Shown one piece after another: positions 1 through 10,948 of a DNA stretch of 64,000 nucleotides (the first letter of the stretch is position 1; every line of letters begins with the position of its first letter). The position numbers and the translations under genes were made by a program. Origin of the DNA: Dicyema japonicum (lineage: Eukaryota > Animalia > Dicyemida); NCBI GenBank assembly GCA_011109175.1, contig RDEW01000087.1:69211-133210 (forward strand), written 5' to 3'. Under the pieces are notes generated by a model, which was given only the letters and a program-made list of their open reading frames with translations, made no database searches and was not told the DNA's origin.

Positions 1-155
1 TTAATTACAAAAAATAATAAATTTTAGAAAATTTTAATTAAATTAAATTTTAATAATATTTATTAAATTATGTATTTATATAAATTATTTATCATTCATA
101 AAATATATAAAAATAAATATAAATCCCATTGATGAACTTTATAATCACAAGTTTG

Positions 156-1160
156 TTATATTAAATTTTTAGCAATTGTGCTGTCCTTAAGTATTATAGC
201 AGTTGTTAACACTTTTACTATTAAAATATCAAATGCGACCGTTCCAACGTGGAAAATAATTATACATGACAAGTTATCCCTGTTATTTTCCGGAATCATT
301 AACTTGAGACTTTTAATTTCAGTTCTAGTAATATTTGGAGTTATCACTTGAGTTGACACAGTTTTAATTTTAGTTTTAGTAATATCTGGAAAAACTGTTG
401 TTTCACTAGTGATTTAATTTCAGTTATAATAATATTTGGAGTTATCACTTGAGTTGACACAGTTTTAATTTTAGTTCTAGTAATATCTGGAAAAACTGTT
501 GTTTCACTAGTGAAATTTATGCAAAATGAACCTAAAATATATAAATAAAGAACCAATTGGGTAAAATCTAATATTTTTTTCACTATTGAATATTTTAATT
601 CTTAAACAAGAAATATTGAGAAAAATATGAGAAGTAAACTTTTTAAAAATAAGTTGACAATAATAAAAAGAATGTTTATCAATCAATTGTTTATCAATTA
701 TCATCATATCATCAAAACGATCTAAGAATGAATTATTATGATAACCAATATAAAGTAATATCCTGTCAAAGTAAATTTGGTCATTAGACGCTGGGACAAA
801 TATTAACTGTACAAATATATTAATATCTTTCGCTACTAATTCTACAACAATATCGCCATTTTCTCGAAATCTTTGTAAAAACGAATTTTCCTTATTAAAA
901 ATAAATTTCATAGTCTAATATAAAAGAAAAATACAAACTAGATTATCCCTCATATATGTTACTATAATATTGGCAGTTAGAAATGCAGTGTTTTTATATC
1001 TCCAAGTTATCGGTTTAACTCTTTTTGAAGTTGTATGAGGGCATACATATCCATAATAGTTTGAATGCTCATGGTCGAAATTAGTATAAACCATTTGATC
1101 TAGAATTACAGGAGTTATTAAAATAATAAATAATTCATATGCACATATAAATAGGGTCAT
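156..1160 (-). pseudogene. Orphan type I membrane protein family, copy 1 (signal peptide, Cys domain, Thr-rich stalk, hydrophobic C-terminal segment); frameshifted in the stalk as assembled
   Basis: ORFs 915-1160, 507-911, 344-583 and 156-359 join in frame after removing GT-AG introns at 915-938 (24 nt) and 532-553 (22 nt), giving MTLFICAYELFIIL...FYYCQ...NISCL...IGSFCINFTSETTVFPDITRT. A 101-bp tandem repeat breaks the frame in exon 3. Confidence 0.75.
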
Positions 1161-1593
1161 TTATAGGTCATTATTTATTTAAATTATTTTATAATTATTA
1201 AATTATTTTTAATTAAATCAAATTTATTAATAATATCTCAAATGATTGATTAATATGTCTGAATTTAGAGACACTTTATTAAACCAACCTAAAAAGTTAC
1301 TATTTGAAATTAACAACCATCCTCGTCTATTGTTTAATTGACCCTTCTTCCTATCTACATGCTCTGTCTTTTATACTCCAATGTAATTCTTTCTAGTGTT
1401 CTTTTTAAAAAGTGAAGTGTAGGTATTCTCGGAGATTACATCTTGATTTTGATCTTGTTGTTTTTCTAAAACAAATTGCACCTTAGAGTAACAATTTACT
1501 CGCAATTAAAGAAGTCTTACAAAATTACACTGTCCATATACGAATGTTATCAGTAAATTGCTGATTTGTCTCAGGCATAATAACGGACTTTTT

Positions 1594-3010
1594 TTAAAGA
1601 CCAAAGGTTTCCCCTCTTCGAATGGGAAAATTGTGATCCCGTCGGGACGTTTTCCGTCTCCTCTGTCAACACCAACAGGTTCTAGTATGGCTGGGTATCC
1701 CGAGACTCCAGGGCTCGCTTGACAATTCCGTTGATCGCCTTGTGTCTTGGGAATCGTCCTGAACTCCTTCGACAAGAGAGGGCATGGAGTCCATAACAAT
1801 CGACGGTTGCGCCACATCGGCATTTGTTGGTCCGGCAAATCTCCAGTCCAAGTCTGGTGGAGATGCCGATGCGGACAGTATTGTCGTCAAGATGGGTCCC
1901 GACACTGCCAACTGGGAGTGCATTGATCCATGCGCCACTCGATTCGCATCTTCCAGTGACTAGACATGCACGTCTGTGTTGGTTTGATTGGTTCAGACGT
2001 CTCTCATATTTATCCTCGCAGATGGTCCTGTAACGATCTTTTTGCTCAGGCATCATCCCTTCAAATGCTCCATCTCTGTGATTTCAGATGATTCTTTTTG
2101 GAGTTAAAGAATCATCCTGACCAGCAGTCGGCTGGAGCCCAAAGAGGATAGATAAGCAGGGCAAGCCAGATCTTTCGTTGAAGGGATTCCCAGTCCGCCC
2201 AGACTAACGGGTAGGGTCGCTTGGTAGACATTCCTCACGTAATCGTCAAAATTGACATTAAAAATGCCTTCAACTCGATACGACGTGATACAATTCTGGA
2301 GGATTGCTTCATATACTACCCATCAGTGTACAGCTATATTCATAGTTCGTACGGAAAACCATCCAGTCTGGTACATGGCCTATATTACATTCCATCGTCT
2401 TCTGGAGTCCAACAAGGAGACCCACTGGGGCCCGGCTTGTTCAGCCTGGGAATTGCCCGTATCACAGGATACTGCTCCACTCCTCTGAGAGTATGGTATT
2501 TGGATGATTGCACCATGGGCGGCCATCCGAAGGATGTACTAGATTGTTTAAAAAGTCTGATAGTACAATTGGAATCCCTATGCCTAACTCTAAACACCAA
2601 TAAGTGAAGTAACCAATTTTGGATTTCCACAGTCTGAATGGGATTTGATCCTTGGTATGTTCAGAGAGATCATTCCGAAAGCCACAGAAACCAAATCAGA
2701 AGAACTGGAAATACTTGGATGCCCTCTTACTGATGCTGGAATCAGTAACACTCTAAGAACAAAAGAACATCAACTAAAAACAACATTCAGACGTCTGGAG
2801 ATGCTGGACTCACACACCTCCCTATTCCTCCTGAGAAACGCCTTATCAGCACAGAAACCGAACTACGTTCTTCGGGGGGCACCCTGCTACTTGAAAATGC
2901 AACAGCTCGATGCTATCGATTCCCTCTTCCGGAGTACTATTGAACGTATCACAAATGTGAAATTTGACGACCAAGGGTGGGACCAAGCGACCCTACCCGT
3001 TAGTCTGGGA
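1594..3010 (-). mobile_element. CRE-like REL-endonuclease non-LTR retrotransposon fragment with an inverted 5' (RT) segment, flanked by a 9-bp TSD
   Basis: Plus strand 2221-3010 has RT motifs KIDIKNAFNS, GVQQGDPLGP and WYLDD. Minus strand 1594-2224 has QATLPVSLGGLGIP, the CCHC knuckle CRCG...HALSC, RH..IN..VKRAL and the REL motif DGKRPDG. Direct repeat GGACTTTTT at 1585-1593 and 3011-3019. Confidence 0.85.
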
Positions 3011-3400
3011 GGACTTTTTGTTCTGCGGGCCAAATCAATAATTGAATTGGTTCGCGGGCCACAAATTTTTTTAAAGAAAATTAAACTTTATTAACTAAAT
3101 TAATGTGAGCATTGAATCTGCTTTTCTTTACTATTCTTTAAAAAAAACACTCAGATTTGATGACGACGTACGTAAGAGTTGCATAAGATGTTCATCAGTT
3201 AATTGGTTGCGAAATTTAGTTTTATCCATGTGATCTGCTGAAACAGAGCTTCACAAACATACGTTGATCCAAAAACAGATGCATTTTCATACGCATTCAT
3301 AACCAAATTTGAATATTTTAAATTTAAAATTCTACTCCAAAATTTTAATAGTTGACATTCTTAAATATTGCGATGAGGTCTATACCCGACTTTAACACGT
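3011..3400 (-). mobile_element. hAT (Buster/Charlie-like) transposase C-terminal remnant and subterminal region
   Basis: Minus translation FGSTYVCEALF...KTKFRNQLTDEHLMQLLR (frameshifted) matches the hAT dimerisation motif. GCGGGCC subterminal motifs lie at 3024-3061. Confidence 0.65.
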
Positions 3401-3917
3401 TTTTCAGAAATCACAAAAAATATTAATGATATTAATTGTGACCGTTGAGAAAATGTTTAGGCTGAGTAAAATCCGCAAAAATCGATTTTGCCATTGCAAC
3501 GCTCTACTCACAGTACTTCGAACCATGCATTTCATATGCGTGTGCTTTATGGGGACCACTGGCCTCTTATACGAACATCCAGAAAATCTCCGCAACCCAG
3601 ACAGGGCCTTCAAACTAACCGAGAGATAGTATACAGGGAATATATTAGACAATAGGGGAATCCTATCCGTTCAAAAAAAGACGGTAATTGGCTATACAAA
3701 AGTCTCCCATTTGTTATGGACCAAATGTGGTGTTTCTTTGAAGCTTATTTATTTAGAAGACAGTCTCCGTCGATGGAATTTCCACTTTGTTTAGACTTTG
3801 CACCCCCTTGATGAACTAGCCCCAGTACTTTTAGAAAAACACTCTCAACGAGTATAATACTTCTCACACGACTATTATAATATTATTTTCACTTCTTCTA
3901 ACCACCCCTTTGTCCTC

Positions 3918-4195
3918 CTATACGACTATTCTACTCACGTGTATGTAATATGTATTACGCGACCAATTACTCATCATGATATTTTCTCCATATCCCAACC
4001 CTCTAATTTATTTAGTCTATCAAGCAACAACTGGCTATTTGTCCTTTTTCTTCTCTCACAATTAGGAAGAGCCTTAAATCATTATTCAGCACAGCACTGA
4101 CGTCGCTCTCTCCAGGAGACTCTCTGTTTTCAGTATTCAAAATTTCTCTTTATTCTCTCAACCCTGAGATTATCCAAAGAGCCGTGATCTATTTC
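3918..4195 (+). repeat. Dispersed ~280-bp repeat, copy 1 (second copy at ~4937-5215)
   Basis: Near-identical sequence starting CTTTGTCCTCCTATACGACTATTCTACTCACGTG at both sites; origin not recognised. Confidence 0.8.
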
Positions 4196-4936
4196 TTCGG
4201 AATCACTTTGTTTAGTTTTTGTCAGTTAACAGTGGTCTTTGTAATTAATTTAATTAATATAAGAAATTTTTATTTTTTGAATGGTTTAAATCTAATAATT
4301 TAAAAAAAACCAACACGCTATAATAATTTTTTTGTTAGTAAGAAGTTTGTTTTTTTGACGTTCGAGAGAAAGAAAGAAATTATTTTCTTGATGATGGTGT
4401 ATATCTGACATTAAGAAGACATCGAATTTTACAAGTATGGAATTTTTGGACGGATAATGAAGTTAAAAAAAGAAAGGTTTAATAAATTTAAGGCTGTGAT
4501 TCAATCTTGCGGAGGAAGGATGTTAAGAAAGGTTGTGGAAAAATGATTTAACAGTTTTCAAAGTTGTAGACAGGGTTGTCAGAAAAAAATGCCCTGGCAC
4601 AATTATAAAAACTCGTAGAGATGCTCTGAATGAGCGCATGGATATATCTATTATGTAGCAAGCCAAAGCTATTACCGAGCCACAGACGTTACCGTTGACA
4701 GCTGTCATCTACTGTTATTTTAATCAAAATTTATTCAATACTATAATTGTTTCTATTTTTATAAATTATTATATTCCGATACAAAGATTAATTCTACGAT
4801 AATATTAATAATTATTATTAAATTATTTTATCAAAAATTTACTCAAATTTTAGTCTGGCTGACTATTAATTGAATATAAAATAATAATCCACGCTAAAAA
4901 ATTTCGTTACATTGACCTGATGCCTATTACAAAGAC

Positions 4937-5215
4937 TTTGTCCTCCTATACGACTATTCTACTCACGTGCATGTAATATGTATTACGCGACCAATTACTC
5001 ATCATGATATTTTCTCCATATCCCAACCCTCTAATCTATTTAGTCTATCATGCAACAACTGGATATTTGTCCCTTTTCTTCTCCCTCAATTAGGAAGAGC
5101 CTTAAATCCATTATTCAGCACAGCACTGACGTCCCTTTCTCCAGGAGACTCTCTGCTACCAGTATTCAAAATTTCTCTTCATTCTCTCAACCCTGAAACC
5201 ATCCAAAGAGCGTTC
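4937..5215 (+). repeat. Dispersed ~280-bp repeat, copy 2
   Basis: Highly similar to 3918-4195, with scattered substitutions. Confidence 0.8.
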
Positions 5216-5311
5216 TCTCTCATATATGTCTTGAGAGGGTTTGGAATGAGAAGACGTAAATTTATAGATACATGTGTTTAGCTGTACAAATAAGGCGGAG
5301 AAAGCATTCGT

Positions 5312-5860
5312 CTGTAAAGACGTATCGGGGACGGAATATCTGTGCTAGTTGATGTCTTCTGAATTGAGGATGATTTCTTTCAAAGCGAAAATACCTTCGA
5401 TTGGAAGGAGTTACTCATCATTCCCTGCTATGACGCTAGTTTTGTTAAAGGACTCAATTCAACCTTGGTCGTTTTTCCAAATTAGTCATTTAAGCTTTTA
5501 TGTTTTTTTATATTTCAAAATTGTGAAAGATTTTGTACTACATTGCTCGGTGTATTACATATTACTGTATAAAGTAATCNCGGAGAAAGCATTCGTCTGT
5601 AAAGACGTATCGGGGACGGAATATCTGTGCTAGTTGATGTCTTCTGAATTGAGGATGATTTCTTTCGAAGCGAAAATACCTTCGATTGGAAGGAGTTACT
5701 CATCATTCCCTGCTATGACGCTAGTTTTGTTAAAGGACTCAATTCAACCTTGGTCGTTTTTCCAAATTAGTCATTTAAGCTTTTATGTTTTTTTATATTT
5801 CAAAATTGTGAAAGATTTTGTACTACATTGCTCGGTGTATTACATATTACTGTATAAAGT
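5312..5860. repeat. Near-identical ~270-bp direct duplication flanking a single N (probable assembly overlap)
   Basis: 5312-5579 is repeated from 5581 onward with almost no differences; N at 5580. Confidence 0.8.
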
Positions 5861-8800
5861 AATCACTTATTCTTATTATTATTTATTAACCCCGGATTCA
5901 CCGAGAAAGAAGTTAAATTAACCAACTAATTAAGTGCATCCAGTTTCCACTTCTACAGGAACAGAGTCCATCCTGAATCAGCATAAAGGGTAAGACGTCC
6001 ATTACATGCAGTTGTGGAAACCCCTCAAGTGGAGTGGGGAAAAGCCAGTGATCCTTTTTCATGCCGGCCTGGCACTAGGCGTCACCTAGATAGGTGGATC
6101 ACATGACGCCACTCTGATAGGAAGAGAGAGGAGGAACAGACAGCAAGCAGAAAAGTTAAACCAATTAAAAACGCAGCAACACATGGCGCCACGCGGCAAA
6201 TCAATAAAGTAACTTCTAATAGAGTATGTCCACCACTATTGGAGGGATGATCCTAGATTGGAGTTTGACTTTGCCTCCTATCACTTTCGTTGCTTGTGTG
6301 GTCATTCTAGAATTTATATGTATTGGAGTCTATTGAATACACTTACTTTTGTCCAACACCCCCAAATATGTACGAGTGGATCAGTTCTGCCTACTCTGGC
6401 GAAATTCTCCCTAAGTTAATCTACCTTGATGGGGTTTGTGAGAACACCAAACTGGCAGTGCAAGTATGTGTGGAATATGATGAAACAGCTTGTCTCGGTT
6501 ATAGCTGATAGGAGATTCTCTTCAGAGATGCACCTTCAAGTAAAATCTGTGTTTGGAAACCGCCTTCGATTTTGTTAGTTGAATTTGGTTAGCATAGCTG
6601 TGGAAGCTACAATGAAGAAGAAGGAAGATAAGGAACTCAATTTAATGGAGAGGGTAGTAGTGGCCATGCATAAACTGAGCATACAAAATTAAACAAAAAG
6701 ATATAACTTCTGTTGACACTGAGACTCTTCCTCAATGTGTTTATATTCCCTGTCTTTATGCCATCAATGTGTTTATATTCGCTGTTTTCATGCCATTCTG
6801 TTGTTACTCACATAATCAAAAACTTATCTCCTGTCTTCTGATTACCAAATGTCATTGTTTCTATTATTTTATTATATACGTTCAAAAAAGCAAGTGACAA
6901 AAGTGAAGACCTTAGTCCGCCATTTCCATCTGACATCCGAATAATCGATTTGGCACAAATGTTGAGTAGCAATGACCAGGTTATTATGCTATCAATAGAA
7001 CACAACGATGACTTGATGTAGATTATCTTTTCATTTAAGCAACTACGAGTCATTAGAGGAGGATTTGGGGGAGATGTTAATTCGAATGTACGCAATTCTG
7101 TGACAAGGTTGAATTCATTTTAGAGCAATAATGAATTATCGGGACAGTCAATTTTACCTGAGGATTTCAAAGAATTCAAAGTCTCGTCTTAATACTACTT
7201 TAAATTGATTTCGTACCACAGACTCGAAACAGGGAACGTTATTTCACTTTAGGGCAATAATGAATTATCGGGACAGTCAATTTTACCTGAGGATTTCAAA
7301 GAATTCAAAGTCTCGTCTTAATACTACTTTAAATTGATTTCGTACCACAGACTCGAAACAGGGAACGTTATACCTGAATATTCAAGAATGTTGTTTGGAT
7401 AAGTACTGAATGGACATTTCATGACATTACATCGAGATTATGGCATAACTACCTTAGATTGTTAGTCATATATGTTACGCAGGGTAATACTCGATGTACT
7501 ATGGCTGTGTTGCTTGGAATGTTTGCGAATAGGTTAATTGTCGATTATTTGTAGGTTTGGAACTGGTGATATGGCTGTACTTCCTTGTTGAATGTGCATA
7601 GTACAGCACTTTTTAGTGGGAGTAGTACGATTGAGTTTCCACTCACATTTCAATCAGCAGCATTTCTTAGCATTGTAATGTACACTTTAGAGCGTGTAAT
7701 GCTTTCCTAGTACAGCACTCTTTAGTGGGAGTAGTACGATTGAGTTTCCACTCACATTTCAATCAGCAGCATTTCTTAGCATTGTAATGTACACTTTAGA
7801 GCGTGTAATGCTTTCCTTTTGAATTCTCTACTTAATGGGATTGGTTATAATGGGGGTTATTTTAGCTGTGTTTTCTTCCCCCCCATAAAATACTGTGGCT
7901 TTGGAGGCATACTCACTTTGCTGGACTCTCATTTGGAATGATCTCTATGAGAGTTGTTATTTATCTGATGAATATAGAAAGAGGATGACTGCAGTGATGA
8001 GGTTGCTTAAATAACCCAGATTTTGTTGTATTTGATGGAGGGTAGCAGAAAGTCCCGTATAGTTTGACTGATTTTGACAATTAGTACTCTCTGTGTGGAA
8101 GTGTTCAGAACAAACCCAGTCATATTCTCAGAGTTATTATTGTACTCATTTTAGGACGGTCGGAGAATAAACAGTGATGTCTCCTCATTTGCAGCAACAG
8201 TGGCCCTGGGACTTTTATATTTCAATACTTCTAATAGGTCTGGTTTTCTTTACTACAGATTCATTATTGAGAGTCTTTCCTTACCGAATGGAATTTTGGG
8301 CTAGTCTGCTAATAAACCTGGGGATTCTCACTCTTAGAGTATTATTTTGGTTTACCAAGTCTATCCCTCTGTTTGGTTGACTGGGAACGATTGGACTGCA
8401 CAGGGGACTGTTTGTTGTCCACTTTACCTTTATATGTAATTCATGAGGTAATGCCTAATGTTTACTGGATGCCATAGAACACTTGATAGTATGCGTTTGG
8501 ATAATTGGGAGTTGAGGTTGTTGAGTGGTTATATGACAGGGAGTGTTTTATGGCTCATTTGGGGGATGGGCATTAGCAGTGGGCTTTAAACTGGTTAGCA
8601 GTAATGACCGTGATGCTATGGAATTTATTGTTTGCAGTTAACTCAGTTTAGTTGGGCTTTTTCTACAATTTTTTGGAATACAGTGAATCCCCCATCCAAG
8701 AGAATACATTTTGTGTCTCATTATGTCTGCTTCATTGGTAGATTTGATTATTATATTTTAGATTATGTGTGAGAGTGGTTGTGTGACAGGCCTTGCAACT

Positions 8801-9040
8801 TCTCGTTATCTGAGAAGCAGGTTTGTGAGTGATGATAAGTACAAATATGTCAACTATGGTTCACATATGTCTGTGGCAAAGTACAATGATCTCCTCTTCT
8901 TGCGAATTCCCTGTAAAAGGACAGTAATTGTCGTATGTGATAGCGTCCGGGCTGTTGATACTGTCCGGGTTGATAAGACAAATTTATCACATGAAAACAT
9001 TAACAACCACTAAGTTTTGTCTCAAGAGAAACAAAATAGA

Positions 9041-9551
9041 CAAAAAACAAAAAATTTTATTTTGAGTCAATAAAGCGATTAAGCAAGAAAAGGGTCGAAA
9101 ATAGAAGAGGTCGAAGGATCGGTCTCTTGTTCACTCAAAAAACAAAAAATTTTATTTTGAGTCAATAAAGCGATTAAACATAAAGGGTCGAAAATAGAAG
9201 AGGACGAAGGATCGGTCCCTTGTTCATTCAAAAAACAAAAAAATTTATTTTGAGTCAATAAAGCGATTAAACAAAAAAGGGTCGAAAATAGAAGAGGTCG
9301 AAGGATCGGTCCCTTGTTCATTCAAAAAACAAAAAAATTTATTTTGAGTCAATAAAGCGATTAAACTGGAAAGGGTCGAAAATAGAAGAGGTCGAAGGAT
9401 CGGTCCCTTGTTCATTCAAAAAACAAAAAATTTTATTTTGAGTCAATAAAGCGATTAAACACAAAAGGGTCAAAAATAGAAGAGGTCGAAGGATCGGTCC
9501 CTTGTTCACTCAAAAAACAAAAAAATTTATTTTGAGTAAATAAAGCGATTA
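9041..9551. repeat. Tandem array, ~94-bp unit x ~5.5, inside the left end of the Ginger-like element
   Basis: The motif T(C/A)AATAAAGCGATT recurs at 9067, 9162, 9255, 9349, 9443 and 9537. Confidence 0.95.
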
Positions 9552-9649
9552 GCGTGAAAATGGTTATTTGAGTGTTATATAATATTTTTTTTAATATTTT
9601 TAATTTCTTTTAAAAAATTTAAAATTTCACGCTTCATTTTAATTTTGTT

Positions 9650-10948
9650 ATGCTTTCTACATTCAGCATTAATACACCTGATGAATTAAAGAAAATTATG
9701 AATTATCTCGAATATAAACTGTATCCTGATGGATTTAATGAAAATCAAAAGCGGACATTACGCAAAAGATGTTAGAATTTAAAACTGTTAAATGGAGAAT
9801 TATTTGTGGATTTAATGGAAATCTTCGTACTGTTATATGTTCATTTCAAGAAGCAAGAATTAATTTAATGTTTCGCTAAGGAACATTCTATTTGACATCC
9901 TGGTGTTTCCAAGATGTGCAAATTAATTTGCGAAAAGTACATTGGCATCAATCAAAAAATTATTCGCCATTTTGTATCTACTTGTGATTCCTGTAACCAT
10001 TTCAACAGTCTAAAGACTTGTGAAGATATTCAAATGATTACTGTTTCACATAAATTCGAAAGATTTATGGCTGATTGTATAGATCTTCGTAGATATTCTT
10101 CTTATAATAAAGAATATAAATGGATTCTTAATATAATTGACTGTTACTCAAAATTCGCTTGGTCATTTTCTTTAATTAGTAAAACATCTCAAAATATTAA
10201 AAATTCTTTTGAAGACATGTTTTTATCAGTTGGGCCACCTGAAACATTGCACACGGACAATGGAAAAAAGTTTTGTAACTCTGAAGTTTCAGCATTATTA
10301 TGTGATTGGGGGATAACGGCGATTCATGGTAGACCAATACATCCTCAATCACAAGGGCAGGTGGAACGCTATAATAAAACGCTAAAACGTTGGTTAGCGA
10401 AAACTCTATTTCAATCTGAATCTAATAATTGGATTGACATATTGAAAACTACTGTTTATAAATATAACATTTCTATTCATCGTGCTACTGGAAAGTCACC
10501 TTTCAAGTTAGCTTTATGAATTTTATTTTTAGACTATTATTTGGTACTTCGGGATTCAATATTGTTTTTGGGTCTGATAATAAAGTGATCGAATTACCAG
10601 CCCAAAGAACTGAACATTTTTCAGATGATGAAATTCAAGAAAATTGTTCTCTTTCTGAAATCCAATTACATCACCAAACATCAGAACATTTTGAAAATTA
10701 TAAAAGAAAAGTAAAAGAAAACGCAAATTAAAATTTTCAAACAAATCATGTCAAAATAGGCGATACTGTTTTCATTAAATCAGATTTAGATAACAACCAG
10801 AAAACAAAAAAAACATGCCTTGGACAGTTTTTTTGAAAGGGAACATTATGTTGTTATAGAGGAACTATTACATTTTGTTATCGTTAAGGGAGTTTCCACA
10901 GATGAAACAAAAAAAGTTTCAAAATCAAGAATTAAAAAAATTAAGTAG
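9650..10948 (+). pseudogene. Integrase/transposase (HHCC zinc finger + DDE core), with a 26-nt intron; inactivated by stops and frameshifts
   Basis: Motifs H...HPG...CDSC, RFMADCIDL, LHTDNG and HPQSQGQVERYN are present. Removing intron 10507-10532 restores GKSPFKLLFG. The C-terminal part reads KIGDTVFI. Confidence 0.85.

Noticed and set aside
4340-4720. BRCT-like fragment (FKAVIQSCGGRML)
   Set aside because: Only a few residues match, and no consistent spliced frame could be built.
6040-6085. GGCCGGCATG on the minus strand, matching the start of the HDV ribozyme
   Set aside because: No complementary P1 3' strand or nested pseudoknot is found downstream.
6870-7380. Gene-like plus-strand blocks with possible 22-nt introns
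   Set aside because: There are several equally plausible frames, no recognisable homology, and the region is confounded by a 129-bp duplication.
7500-8900. Possible decayed LINE on the minus strand (A/C-rich)
   Set aside because: No unambiguous APE or RT motif was recovered, so it is left unannotated.
9041-9551. Regularly spaced repeats resembling a CRISPR array (also 34211-34370)
   Set aside because: Whole units repeat with no unique spacers, there are no cas genes, and the context is eukaryotic.
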